Assembly: GCA_964636215.1 (NCBI GenBank)
Contig: CAZWRJ010000003.1
Coordinates: forward strand, 6,743 to 70,742
Reading direction: 5' to 3'
DNA from: an uncultured Candidatus Saccharibacteria bacterium
GTDB taxonomy: Bacteria > Patescibacteriota > Saccharimonadia > Saccharimonadales > CAZJQT01
Length of the DNA: 64,000 nucleotides
The notes under the pieces are model-generated. The model was not told the DNA's origin. It made no database searches and saw nothing but the letters and a program-made list of their open reading frames with translations. Numbering within the stretch: the first letter of the stretch is position 1; each line of letters opens with the position of its first letter. Shown here in pieces: positions 48,261 through 58,150 of the stretch. The translations under genes and the position numbers were made by a program.

Positions 48261-48593
48261 CTAGTAAAGTCTGCTACCAAGCGACACTTTTTTATCTGGT
48301 GTAATAAGTACGCAATCTTCGTTTTGATCTGGTACGCCTAGAGTCAATACTTCGCTTACAAACGGGCCGATTTGACGCGGAGGAAAATTTACCACCGCTA
48401 GCACTAGCTTGTTCTTAAGCGAAATTTTGGTGTAGTTAGTTGTTAATTGGGCGCTGGAGTGCTTGGTGCCGATTTTTGGACCAAAATCAATAGTCAGTTT
48501 ATAAGCTGGTTTATGAGCTTCTGGGAATTCTTCGACATCAACAATCCGGCCGACTCGAATATCTAATTTTTCGAAATCGCTGAAGCGTACCAT
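48261..48593 (-). CDS. csaA: tRNA-binding/secretion chaperone CsaA
   Basis: LDIRVG, SSAQLT, VNFPPRQIG..SEVLTLG. Confidence 0.9.
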   Translation of the reverse strand: MVRFSDFEKLDIRVGRIVDVEEFPEAHKPAYKLTIDFGPKIGTKHSSAQLTTNYTKISLKNKLVLAVVNFPPRQIGPFVSEVLTLGVPDQNEDCVLITPDKKVSLGSRLY

Positions 48594-48602
48594 TTAGAGT
48601 TT

Positions 48603-49058
48603 TTAAGCGATTTCAACAATTTTATAGGTAGAAGTTTCTGATGGAGTTTTGATTTCGACTTTATCGCCTACGGCTTTGCCAAGCAATGCTCTACCGATTG
48701 GTGATTCATCACTGATTTTTCCGTTTGACGGGTCAGCTTCTACTGTGCCTACTACCTGAAACTTCTTAGTATCATGGTTTTTAAGCGTCACGCTGCTACC
48801 AATTTGTACCTTCTGGCTGCCTCGTGGCTTATTGATCAGTTCTACGTTTTGTAATATGTGTTCAATCTCACTGATTCTAGCCTCCAATTTATCCTGCTCT
48901 TGGCGAGCTGATTGATATTCAGCGTTTTCTGCTAAATCACCAAATTCGCGGGCTGTCTTAATCCGTTCGGCTACAGCCGAACGTTGGGAAATTAATCCAG
49001 TGTGTTCGGATTTAAGTTCATTTACTCCGTCTTTAGTAAGTAAAAAGGCTTTCTTCAT
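48603..49058 (-). CDS. greA: transcription elongation factor GreA
   Basis: FGDLAENAEY, ISDESPIGRALLG. Confidence 0.96.
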   Translation of the reverse strand: MKKAFLLTKDGVNELKSEHTGLISQRSAVAERIKTAREFGDLAENAEYQSARQEQDKLEARISEIEHILQNVELINKPRGSQKVQIGSSVTLKNHDTKKFQVVGTVEADPSNGKISDESPIGRALLGKAVGDKVEIKTPSETSTYKIVEIA

Positions 49059-49175
49059 AATATTTAACTTCTAACCCCTTAATATACTTGTTTAATGCTC
49101 CACCGGAATTCAGATGCTGGAGATTATATCAGACTTTACGTCCCTGCCAAGCTTGAAATAACAGATCACTATGTC

Positions 49176-50429
49176 TTAACCGTTAAGCTTGTTAAGTAAT
49201 TCTGTTTCAGACAACAGGACACTTTCGTTGCCGCTGCGAGTTTTATATTCGTATTTGCCACCTTTGAGTGTTTTTTCGCTGATAATAATTCTACTGGGTA
49301 GTCCGATGAGGTCGGCGTTGGCAAATTTTTCACCGGTTCTACTTTCACTGTCATCATAGAGAACTGAGATACCGGCCTTTTCCAGTTTATCGTGGAGTTC
49401 GTCAGCTTGTTTAACAACTTCGCTATCATTTCCCAGCCTAACTAAGTAAACCTGGGCTGGAGCAAGTTCAGCTGGCCAAACAAGGCCCTTATCATCAGCG
49501 AATAGCTCAGCAATGGTACCCATCAACCGGCTAATACCAATTCCATAGCAACCAACAATGATTGATTGTTGCTTACCCTGCTCATCGCTGTAATAAACTC
49601 CTAAGGCGTCGGTATATTTGGACTCAAGTGGAAAAATATTGCCTACTTCTATCCCCCGCTTTTCAACCAGTTCTGGTTTATTCAGCCCTAGTTTAGCTAA
49701 GTTCTCGTCGGTATAAATTTCCTGATTAATAGCGACTTTCTTGCCTTCATGCAGATAAATAGTGTCTTCACCGATAGGGCTAAGGGTTTGGAATTCGTCG
49801 CTAAAGTTGGTAGTGAAGTAGCCACCATCAGCGTAAGTTCGATAGGTGATATCACCAATGCCTAGACGCTGGTAGATTTTGTTGTATACTTTAGCAACCC
49901 TTTCGTAAAGTTCGTGATGTTCAGACTGGCTTCGAGCAAAGGAGTACATATCCTTCATCAAGAATTCTCGGCCGCGAAGTAAGCCACTTTTAGCCCTCAG
50001 CTCATTTCTAAACTTAGCTTGAATTTGATAAATATAGATTGGTAAGTCTTTATAAGAATTAACGAAATCACTTAGGGTGGATACTATCGGTTCCTCGTGG
50101 GTTAAACCCATGCCCAGTTCAGCACCGCTGGCTAATTTAGTTTTAAACCAGTTATCGACTTTGGCATCGTCCCATCTGTCTGTTTTTTCAAATAATTCTT
50201 TAGGTTGTAGGGTGGTCATCTGTACTTCTTGGCCGCCGATGTTATTCATTTCCTCACGGATAATTCGAGTTATGTTATCAATTACCCTCTTACCTAGTGG
50301 TAAGTAAGCATAGACTCCGGCCATTTCCTTATGAATATAGCCAGCTCGAATAAGCAGCTGAGCATTTTTGGCTTTTTCGTCAGCCGGTGCCTGCCTGCGT
50401 GTCTTAGTAAATAACTGAGAAGTCCTCAT
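49176..50429 (-). CDS. proS: proline--tRNA ligase (short form)
   Basis: LTHEE, FRNELR, GREFLMKDMYSF, GCYGIG. Confidence 0.96.
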   Translation of the reverse strand: MRTSQLFTKTRRQAPADEKAKNAQLLIRAGYIHKEMAGVYAYLPLGKRVIDNITRIIREEMNNIGGQEVQMTTLQPKELFEKTDRWDDAKVDNWFKTKLASGAELGMGLTHEEPIVSTLSDFVNSYKDLPIYIYQIQAKFRNELRAKSGLLRGREFLMKDMYSFARSQSEHHELYERVAKVYNKIYQRLGIGDITYRTYADGGYFTTNFSDEFQTLSPIGEDTIYLHEGKKVAINQEIYTDENLAKLGLNKPELVEKRGIEVGNIFPLESKYTDALGVYYSDEQGKQQSIIVGCYGIGISRLMGTIAELFADDKGLVWPAELAPAQVYLVRLGNDSEVVKQADELHDKLEKAGISVLYDDSESRTGEKFANADLIGLPSRIIISEKTLKGGKYEYKTRSGNESVLLSETELLNKLNG

Positions 50430-50440
50430 ATGAATCTAGT

Positions 50441-51223
50441 TTACCTGAAATAGCCAACAACATTGAACAAAACTACGAAAGCTAGAGCATTTTTTAGCAT
50501 ATGAACGCCTATACTCGGCCAAAGACTGCCGGTTTTTTCCCGTAAGTAACAAAGCACCACAGATAATATAAAAGTATCGATGGCACCTACCCAAAGCAGA
50601 CCACCTCTGCCTTCTGGCAAATGAGCACCGGCAAATAATAAGCTGGTTATTAAAGTGGCAGTTATTACTGGCAACTTAGTCCTTAGACCAGTATATAAAA
50701 ATCCGCGCATAACTAGTTCTTCTACTAGAGGTGGCAGTATTACTAAGCTAATAAAAACTAGTGCCAGGTTGAGCCCGTGAGTAGCAGTGTTGAAACCGAT
50801 GTCCTGTTGTTGTTTGACGTTTAGCGAGGGTATGAAATGTGTAGCCAGCGATAAGCCGACAATGTAAAGAATAAAATAGCCGACAAAGCCAGTGGCAGCT
50901 AGGGCTAAGTAATAAAGTCGTGGGTGGTCAACTCCAAGTTGTTTTATGCTAGTACGTCTGCGATTTAGAAACCAAAGTAGAAGCAGGACAGTTATAGCTT
51001 CAAGGATAAAAACAGTAAAAAACTGCACAGCTACACTGGTATCTAGTAGATGGTTAATTTCGGATGGAGTTTTATGAAAAAGTGCTGGGACCAATCCAAA
51101 AGCTAGCCCAACTACTATTTGACTAATAATATATATACCAAGTGTGACAATAATAGCTGAGGTCGGGCCGTAGCCAAGCTTAGGCTCAATTGATTCGCGG
51201 TTTAGGTTATCTTTAGGCTTCAT
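50441..51223 (-). CDS. CPBP (CAAX/Abi) intramembrane protease
   Basis: EELVMRG, FAGAH, HMLKN. Confidence 0.92.
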   Translation of the reverse strand: MKPKDNLNRESIEPKLGYGPTSAIIVTLGIYIISQIVVGLAFGLVPALFHKTPSEINHLLDTSVAVQFFTVFILEAITVLLLLWFLNRRRTSIKQLGVDHPRLYYLALAATGFVGYFILYIVGLSLATHFIPSLNVKQQQDIGFNTATHGLNLALVFISLVILPPLVEELVMRGFLYTGLRTKLPVITATLITSLLFAGAHLPEGRGGLLWVGAIDTFILSVVLCYLREKTGSLWPSIGVHMLKNALAFVVLFNVVGYFR

Positions 51224-51225
51224 GG

Positions 51226-52392
51226 CTAAAAAATACGCTTAATATCAGCAATAGTGACTAATATGAACAACATAACAATTAAAACTACACTGCCGCCAAC
51301 AATTTTTTCTTCAGCTTGTTTAGTTAGTGGACGACCAAGTAATTTACGACTGAAAAGCATCATGTATAGTCGACCACCGTCTAGTGCCGGAATCGGTAAA
51401 ACATTCATGATAGCGAGGGCTAGTGATATTAGAGCAATAATAAATAGTACGAAGATAAAGCCCTCATGAGCGCCATTTTTAAGGATATAGATAATGCCGA
51501 TCGGACCACTGACTTGTTCGCCAGCTTGCGCTTGCCCTGCTTGGCGTTCGATTGTGTTATGCGTTAGCGTCCCGGCTACAATGTAACCTAGACCACTAAG
51601 CGCCCGTCCTAGACCCACAAACGTTAACTTGGTGATTTGAGTACTAAGACCAACCGCTACGATCGGGGCAGACCAGGTCGAACGAGTCACTTTATAGCCT
51701 TCCTCAGCAGAATAAGCCTGAACCCCTAAATGAGGCACTTCACTGCTCAAGCGAACTGTTTTTTTAATTTCATTACCTTCGTGGACATAAACTACCGATA
51801 CTATGTCACCAGCTGATGCCTGGGTTAAGTCAGATAAATTATTAGGCGACGTTATTATTTGGTTGTTAATGGACATGATTTGATCACCAGATACTATACC
51901 TATTTGGCTAGCTGGACTACCGTCAACTACTTGATCAATTTTGACGACCCCTTTGTTTGAGACATCTTTGACAACTTTAGTGTCACTGGCTACAGTAAAT
52001 TGAGTTTCACCTGTAGTCTGCTTGGTAATAAGATTGGGCATTCCAATGGCTGCAATGGCTGTAAAAAGACCGATTGCCACTACTAGGTTCATGAAAACTC
52101 CGGCCATCATGATTTTAGCTTTGCTTTTAACTGAGGCAGCTCCGAAACTACCAGGCGTTTTATCGGCGTCGTGCTCTCCTTTCATTTTCACAAAACCACC
52201 CAGTGGTAAGGCATTTATAGTGAAGTCGTAGCCTTTTTTCATCCGTCTGGACCACAGCTTTGGCGGGAAGAATATACCGAATTCCTCCACTTTTACGCCG
52301 TTCAACCTAGCTGCTAGGAAGTGGCCATATTCGTGAATAACTACTAGGCCAATTAGAAGCACCGGCCCCAATATCATAAGCACGATTAACAT
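51226..52392 (-). CDS. rseP: M50 site-2 protease RseP-like
   Basis: HEYGH, PLGGFV, PDZ domain, NVLPIPALDGG. Confidence 0.93.
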   Translation of the reverse strand: MLIVLMILGPVLLIGLVVIHEYGHFLAARLNGVKVEEFGIFFPPKLWSRRMKKGYDFTINALPLGGFVKMKGEHDADKTPGSFGAASVKSKAKIMMAGVFMNLVVAIGLFTAIAAIGMPNLITKQTTGETQFTVASDTKVVKDVSNKGVVKIDQVVDGSPASQIGIVSGDQIMSINNQIITSPNNLSDLTQASAGDIVSVVYVHEGNEIKKTVRLSSEVPHLGVQAYSAEEGYKVTRSTWSAPIVAVGLSTQITKLTFVGLGRALSGLGYIVAGTLTHNTIERQAGQAQAGEQVSGPIGIIYILKNGAHEGFIFVLFIIALISLALAIMNVLPIPALDGGRLYMMLFSRKLLGRPLTKQAEEKIVGGSVVLIVMLFILVTIADIKRIF

Positions 52393-52412
52393 CGAGTCAA
52401 TTATACGCTATT

Positions 52413-53096
52413 TCAGTGCCCGAAACGCCGTTGACGACGAGAATAGTCATCTAGGGTTTGGTCAATGTCTTTAGTGGTAACCTCTGGCCAATATTTATCA
52501 ACGAAGGCTAGCTCAGCGTAAGCGGCGCGCCACAGCATAAAACCACTAGTTCTTAGCTCGCCGGAAGTTCGAACGAGTAGGTCAACCGCGGGCACTTCCG
52601 GATGGTAAAGATGTTTACTTAAGTCTTCTGTTGTTAGATCGTCCGGATTAATTTTTTCCTTTAATATTTGTTTTACAGCGTCAACAATCTCTAGGTGTCC
52701 TCCGTAATTCAAGCAAATAGCTAAAGTGCCGCCGGTGTTATTCTTGGTCTTGGTCTCAGCAGCTTCGATAGCACGAATCACTTTTTTTTCTAACTTTTCC
52801 CGGTTGCCTAGTACTAGTACACGTATATTATCGTGGTGAAATTCATTAAGGTATTCCTTGAAAGCTCTAACAACTAAACTCATAATAAAACCAATCTCAT
52901 CTTTTGCACGTGACCAATTTTCAGTAGAAAAAGCAAAGGCGCTTACAAAAGGCACATTCTTTTCTTTTAAGACGTATTTACTTAGTTCTCGTAATCTTTT
53001 ATAGCCTTCGAGGTGCCCATCAGATGGTTTCAGTCCTTTAGACTTGGCCCAACGGCGATTGCCATCCATGATAATGCCGATGTGGTTTGGTAACAA
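52413..53096 (-). CDS. uppS: undecaprenyl diphosphate synthase
   Basis: IMDGNRRWA, FSTENW, RTSGELRTSGF. Confidence 0.95.
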   Translation of the reverse strand: MLPNHIGIIMDGNRRWAKSKGLKPSDGHLEGYKRLRELSKYVLKEKNVPFVSAFAFSTENWSRAKDEIGFIMSLVVRAFKEYLNEFHHDNIRVLVLGNREKLEKKVIRAIEAAETKTKNNTGGTLAICLNYGGHLEIVDAVKQILKEKINPDDLTTEDLSKHLYHPEVPAVDLLVRTSGELRTSGFMLWRAAYAELAFVDKYWPEVTTKDIDQTLDDYSRRQRRFGH

Positions 53097-53097
53097 T

Positions 53098-54168
53098 TTA
53101 GGCTCTTCTTTTCACTGCAAAATTAATAATATCGCTTATGAACTGTTTACCATCTCTGGAAAGATGACTTAATTCTACCGCTCTCAAGGCCCGATCACAA
53201 TAGGATTTGGCTTCATACTGCGCCTGCTTAAGAGCGCCGCTATCCTCTATTAGGGTTTTGACGTTGTCGTGCTCTTGTTGTGTTAGTTTGGTATTTCCTA
53301 GGGCATTTTTAATAACAGCTTGTTCAGCTGGTGACGTTTTTTGTAGAGCATGGTACATAAGTAAAGTTCTTTTGCCCTCTTTTAAGTCATCCATATTTGA
53401 TTTACCGGTCTCACTTTTCTGACCAAAGAGACCAAGTATGTCATCATGGATCTGAAAGGCCACACCAGCTGGTAAACCAATATTGAACAATTCTTGTATT
53501 CGTTTTTGATTATCTAGGCCGGTCATCAATGAACCAGTTTCAAAGGGGTTAATGAAGGTATAGTAACTATTCTTGAGTTCATAAAGTCTAAGTATTTGGC
53601 TTTTTGATGGCTGATTCTGACTTTCATAAATATCGTCGAGTTGGCCATATGCAGTGGCAGCAATATTCTTATGAAAAGCTGTTGAGGCAGCAATAATATT
53701 AGCTGGTTTCTCGCTCACTTTACATAACAGTTCCGAAGCCATATGTTGAGCTAGTAATGCGGTGGTTACTGCCATCATATTAGCTAGGTGTGTCGATCCA
53801 TTTGATAGTTCTTCAAAAAGCACATGGACTGCTGGCTGGCCACGCCTAGTATCGGAAGCATCAGTAACATCATCAATAATTAATAGGTAATTTTGAATAA
53901 GTTCCATAGCCAGGGCCAGATTGATGGCTGATGGGTTTTCCCTACCACCGAATTCTTCATAAACAAAAAGTGCCAAAGCACCACGAACCCGTTTGCCTGG
54001 CCTTTCACTGAATTCTTTGAGTCTCGCAAAGGCTTGTTTCTCCATGCCGCGAAGTCCAAGACCAAACGTCGCTTCGTCTGAAGCAAAATATTCAGATAGA
54101 GCTTTATTGATCCGTTCTTGGTAACTGGTCAGAAGTTTAGGTAGTGCTGATGGTTGGGACTTAGACAT
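53098..54168 (-). CDS. polyprenyl diphosphate synthase
   Basis: GKRVR, LIIDDVTD..RRG, GQLDD, FQIHDD. Confidence 0.92.
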   Translation of the reverse strand: MSKSQPSALPKLLTSYQERINKALSEYFASDEATFGLGLRGMEKQAFARLKEFSERPGKRVRGALALFVYEEFGGRENPSAINLALAMELIQNYLLIIDDVTDASDTRRGQPAVHVLFEELSNGSTHLANMMAVTTALLAQHMASELLCKVSEKPANIIAASTAFHKNIAATAYGQLDDIYESQNQPSKSQILRLYELKNSYYTFINPFETGSLMTGLDNQKRIQELFNIGLPAGVAFQIHDDILGLFGQKSETGKSNMDDLKEGKRTLLMYHALQKTSPAEQAVIKNALGNTKLTQQEHDNVKTLIEDSGALKQAQYEAKSYCDRALRAVELSHLSRDGKQFISDIINFAVKRRA

Positions 54169-54177
54169 GAAATAATT

Positions 54178-54741
54178 TCAAAGGTTGGTGATTTCTTGTT
54201 CCTTAGTCTTTGCCGCAGCTTCTATATTATTTTTGGTATCATTCATAGCTTCATCGATTTGTTTTTCGAGCCTTTTAGCTTCATCCTCACCTACAGACTT
54301 AGCTTTTTTGGCTTTGTCTATCGAATCGAGGGCTTCATGGCGAATACTCCTAAGGCTAATCATTGATTCTTCAACTTTAGAACCCAGCACTTTGACGTAT
54401 TCGCGGCGACGCTCTTCAGTGAGTGGCGGTATTGGCACTCGCACTAAGCGTCCATCATCAATAGGGTTTAGTCCGAGAGTTGGGTTATCGCGAATAGCGT
54501 TGGCTATAGCTTGTAGATTCCCAGGATCAAAAGGTGTAATTTGTAGCAGCTGTGCTTCGGGAGCGGTGACATTAGCAACCTGGTTAAGTGGCATTGGTGT
54601 TCCGTAAGCTTCGACTGTGATTCCATCTAGCATACCAGCATGGGCTCGTCCGGTGCGGACCTTTTTAAGTTCGTTTTCAAAGTGGCTTGCAGCCTGTTGA
54701 AATTTGGTTTTGGCTTGGTCAACGGCTTGATTAGGATTCAT
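54178..54741 (-). CDS. frr: ribosome recycling factor
   Basis: RTGRA, PPLTEERR. Confidence 0.97.
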   Translation of the reverse strand: MNPNQAVDQAKTKFQQAASHFENELKKVRTGRAHAGMLDGITVEAYGTPMPLNQVANVTAPEAQLLQITPFDPGNLQAIANAIRDNPTLGLNPIDDGRLVRVPIPPLTEERRREYVKVLGSKVEESMISLRSIRHEALDSIDKAKKAKSVGEDEAKRLEKQIDEAMNDTKNNIEAAAKTKEQEITNL

Positions 54742-54757
54742 TGAATACAGTATACCC

Positions 54758-55147
54758 CTAAGCTACTTCAGAATTATCAACTAAGCTATGGTGGTTGATT
54801 TCCACTGGTACTTCAGAACATGTATAGGCACGATTTTCGCTTGGGTAGTACTTGCCGTCACGTGTTTCACCTGGGTTTTGGATACGGTCTCGCGCCCTAC
54901 AGAGTGCAGCAAGCAGTTCTTCGTTGCTTAAAACAGTGTCGTCTGGATTTCCTAACCTCTCACGAATCCATTCTAGTGACCTCTGTTTAGACACCAACGA
55001 CGGTTGCTTTACAGGTCGCAAGTCCATAATTGTTGTTGCCCAGTTTAGTGCCTTAAATCGGCTTTCGGGTGTTTCTAGAGCTTCCATTGGACATCTTGGA
55101 GGTCCAAATGGATCACATATTGAGGTAGGTCGTAAGTTGAGGGCCAT
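54758..55147 (-). CDS. hypothetical protein
   Basis: 129-aa ORF fills the tsf-frr gap on the operon strand. Confidence 0.55.
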   Translation of the reverse strand: MALNLRPTSICDPFGPPRCPMEALETPESRFKALNWATTIMDLRPVKQPSLVSKQRSLEWIRERLGNPDDTVLSNEELLAALCRARDRIQNPGETRDGKYYPSENRAYTCSEVPVEINHHSLVDNSEVA

Positions 55148-55156
55148 GTCTTTTAC

Positions 55157-55753
55157 CTATTCCATTTCGCCAAGTGCCAAACGGTTAAAACGGCGGACCA
55201 CAATGTTTTCACCAAGTTTAGCAATATGTTCTTTAACTAGATCTCCGACTGTTTGGTCGGGGTTTTTGACAAATGGTTGGTCCATAAGACAGCGCTCGGC
55301 AAAATGTTTCTTAACCATGCCGTCAACAATCTTGGCCACCATATCACCTTGCTTGCCTTCTGATTTAACTTTCTCAGTAAATTCAGCAGTGGTCTTGTTT
55401 TTTACTTCAGCAGGAACGCTGTCAATTGATACAAATTCTGGTGCGCTGGCGGCAATTTGCATAGCCAAATCTTTTACTAGATTGGTGAAGAGCTCGTTAC
55501 GAGCTACAAAATCGGTTTCACAGTTCACTTCTACCAGAACACCAATTCGGCCGTCGTGATTATAGGTACCGACCACTCCTGCCCTAGCTTCTCGTTCCCC
55601 GCGTTTTTCGGCTTTAGTTAAACCTTTTTTGCGCATAGCTTCCAGCGCCTTATCAAAATCTCCATCAGCTTCTTCTAATGCGGCTTTGGCGTCAGTTAGA
55701 CCTACACCGGTTAGATTTTTGAGCCTCTTTACATCCTCAATATTGACGGCCAT
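55157..55753 (-). CDS. tsf: elongation factor Ts (short form)
   Basis: EVNCETDFVA, LGENIVVRRF. Confidence 0.97.
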   Translation of the reverse strand: MAVNIEDVKRLKNLTGVGLTDAKAALEEADGDFDKALEAMRKKGLTKAEKRGEREARAGVVGTYNHDGRIGVLVEVNCETDFVARNELFTNLVKDLAMQIAASAPEFVSIDSVPAEVKNKTTAEFTEKVKSEGKQGDMVAKIVDGMVKKHFAERCLMDQPFVKNPDQTVGDLVKEHIAKLGENIVVRRFNRLALGEME

Positions 55754-56508
55754 TATTTTGCCTCCTGTTTGACTTCGTCCTTGTCGGGTTTCGGCGAGCT
55801 TTTCTCGACTCGTTTGGCTTTAATAGCCTGTCCCTCTTCAACTGCTGAACGGACATAGTCAGTAATTAGTTGAATAGTTTTGATAGCGTCATCGTTAGCT
55901 GGAATTGGATAGTCAATCAATGTTGGATCGGCATTGGTATCAACGATAGCCACTACTGGAACACGTAGTTTACGAGCTTCTCTGACGGCATTTATGTCGT
56001 TAATTACGTCGGTCACAAAGACTACGCCCGGGCGGGCAGCCATTTCTTTGATGCCACCGTATATGACGTTCATAGCGTCAATTTCTTCCTGATAACGCTG
56101 AACTTCAAGCTTGCTGTATTTAGCTGCCAATTGGCCATTTTCCATCTTGGCTTCTTGGTCTTTTAGATATTTAACACGGCCGCCAATAGTATTACGGTTG
56201 GTTAGCATACCACCAAGCCATCTTTCAGTAACGTAAGGTTGTTTGGTAGCCACGGCGGCGGCCTTTACGATATCTTGGGCTTGTCGCTTGGTACCAACAA
56301 ATAAGATTTGTTTATCTTCACTAACGGTAGTTTTAATAAACTCCAGGGCTATGTTAAGTTGTTCGGCAGTTTTTACCAGATCAATGATGTGCGTTCCGCC
56401 TCGCTTGGAGTGGATATACTCTGCCATCTTAGGGTGCCAACGGCTGGTTTTGTGTCCAAAGTGAGCCCCGGCTTCAAGTAACTGTTTAACATCTACCTCT
56501 GTGGTCAT
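55753..56508 (-). CDS. rpsB: 30S ribosomal protein S2
   Basis: LLEAGAHFGH, RWLGGMLTN, PANDDA. Confidence 0.98.
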   Translation of the reverse strand: MTTEVDVKQLLEAGAHFGHKTSRWHPKMAEYIHSKRGGTHIIDLVKTAEQLNIALEFIKTTVSEDKQILFVGTKRQAQDIVKAAAVATKQPYVTERWLGGMLTNRNTIGGRVKYLKDQEAKMENGQLAAKYSKLEVQRYQEEIDAMNVIYGGIKEMAARPGVVFVTDVINDINAVREARKLRVPVVAIVDTNADPTLIDYPIPANDDAIKTIQLITDYVRSAVEEGQAIKAKRVEKSSPKPDKDEVKQEAK

Positions 56509-56612
56509 GCTTCCCTTTCTTTATGATTCTTGCTCTTCGTTTGGAAGCTCCGGCTGCCCTTCATGGGTGAAGTCAGAGAGAATCAATTCCCAAACTGCTT
56601 ATTAAATGACAG
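56509..56612 (-). promoter_or_regulatory. structured rpsB 5' leader (candidate S2 autoregulatory element)
   Basis: Minus-strand TATAAT at 56617-56622; leader stem TGATTCTCTCT...AGAGCAAGAATCA with internal GGAGC. Confidence 0.5.
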
Positions 56613-56627
56613 GTGGATTATAACAGA

Positions 56628-56656
56628 TTGACACATCTGTAGCAAATGCGTATAAT
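56628..56656 (+). promoter_or_regulatory. consensus sigma70 promoter of rpmE2
   Basis: TTGACA - 17 nt - TATAAT. Confidence 0.85.
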
Positions 56657-56666
56657 GCCCCGAGTT

Positions 56667-57017
56667 GTGAAAAAGACCCTGCACCCAGACAATTACCGAC
56701 CAGTTGTGTTTCAAGATCTCAATAATGACACGACTTTTTTGACGCGTTCAACTGCTCAAACTGATGAAACTATTACGCTAGATGGTGTTGAGTATCCTCT
56801 AGTTCGTATCCACATCTCCAGCGCTTCTCACCCCTTTTTCACTGGTCAAGAAAAATTAGTTGATGTCGAAGGACGAGTCGATAAATTTAAAGCTCGCCAG
56901 GAAGCCGCACAGGCCAAAGCTGAAGCTATGAAAAAAGCAGCTGGTAAGGTCCGTGCCAAAACCCCAAAGATTGATGAATCTCAAAAAATGGGTTCACTCA
57001 AGCCCGGCAAGAAATAA
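56667..57017 (+). CDS. rpmE2: 50S ribosomal protein L31 type B with C-terminal extension
   Basis: HPDNYRPVVFQD, ISSASHPFFTG, GRVDKF; no Cys; GTG start downstream of the promoter. Confidence 0.93.
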   Translation: MKKTLHPDNYRPVVFQDLNNDTTFLTRSTAQTDETITLDGVEYPLVRIHISSASHPFFTGQEKLVDVEGRVDKFKARQEAAQAKAEAMKKAAGKVRAKTPKIDESQKMGSLKPGKK

Positions 57018-57030
57018 CTAGCCAAACCGT

Positions 57031-57066
57031 AAACCGTCATTAGAAATTCTTCGATTGACGGTTTTC
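57031..57066 (+). terminator. putative intrinsic terminator
   Basis: AAACCGTCA...TGACGGTTT stem followed by a T-rich tract. Confidence 0.5.
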
Positions 57067-57090
57067 TTTATATACTTAAGGTAAGTGACT

Positions 57091-58143
57091 ATGGAATCTA
57101 AAGAACATCAACTCAGGCAGGAGTACCAAAAACTGCAGGCCAAGCTGCAGGATCCTTCAATTTTTAGTAAACCCGAATACCCTAAACTGGCCAAACAATT
57201 GAGTCATCTTGAGGAAGTTTTTGTCTTGTATGATGAAAAAAAGCGATTACAGTCAGCCTCTAAAGAAGCATCCGAGTTAGCCATGAGTGGCGATGAGCTG
57301 GCAGAGTTAGCCCAACAGGAGCTTGATGAGACAGATACTAAACTTAAAGTCATTGAATCACAACTGCAGGAAAAATTGACCCCTAAAGATCCTAATGATG
57401 AAAAAGATGTGATTATTGAGGTCCGAGCCGCTGCTGGCGGTGATGAATCCAGCTTATTTGCCGGAGAATTATATAGAATGTATTGTCGTTGGGCGGAAAC
57501 TCATAATTACAAAACTGAGTTAATCAGCGAAAGTCCTAGTGAAGCTGGTGGTTTTAAAGAAATAATTTTTGCAGTTCGTGGGGACGATGTCTATCGCCAA
57601 CTTAAATTTGAAGCCGGGGTGCATCGGGTTCAACGGGTACCGGTTACCGAAAGCCAAGGTCGTATACATACATCTACGGTGACTGTAGCAGTTATGCCCG
57701 AAGCCGAGGAAACGGATATCGAGATCAAGGATTCGGATCTCAGGATTGATGTTTTTCGCTCAGGTGGACACGGTGGCCAATCAGTAAATACCACAGACTC
57801 CGCTGTGCGTATTACTCACCTGCCGACTGGATTAGTGGTTGCTAATCAAGATGAGAAATCTCAGATTAAGAATAAAGCTAAAGCGATGAGCGTATTGCGT
57901 TCTCGCCTTCTTCAAATGAAAATTGATGAAGAAACTAAACAAATGTCAGAATCTAGGCGCAAACTGATCGGCTCCGGCGATCGTAGCGAGAAAATACGCA
58001 CCTATAACTTCCCTCAGGACCGCATTACTGATCATCGTATTAGTTATAGCCGGTCAAACATACCGGGAGCTCTTAATGGTGATATCAATGATCTAATAGA
58101 GAAACTCTTAGCTTATGATCATGAGTTAATAGTCCACGAGTAA
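57091..58143 (+). CDS. prfA: peptide chain release factor 1
   Basis: PVT motif (RVPVTE), [12 protein letters not shown]. Confidence 0.97.
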   Translation: MESKEHQLRQEYQKLQAKLQDPSIFSKPEYPKLAKQLSHLEEVFVLYDEKKRLQSASKEASELAMSGDELAELAQQELDETDTKLKVIESQLQEKLTPKDPNDEKDVIIEVRAAAGGDESSLFAGELYRMYCRWAETHNYKTELISESPSEAGGFKEIIFAVRGDDVYRQLKFEAGVHRVQRVPVTESQGRIHTSTVTVAVMPEAEETDIEIKDSDLRIDVFRSGGHGGQSVNTTDSAVRITHLPTGLVVANQDEKSQIKNKAKAMSVLRSRLLQMKIDEETKQMSESRRKLIGSGDRSEKIRTYNFPQDRITDHRISYSRSNIPGALNGDINDLIEKLLAYDHELIVHE

Positions 58144-58150
58144 TTGGTCT

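Noticed and set aside
54852-55559. 235-aa plus-strand ORF
   Set aside because: Mostly the antisense shadow of tsf; no protein motifs
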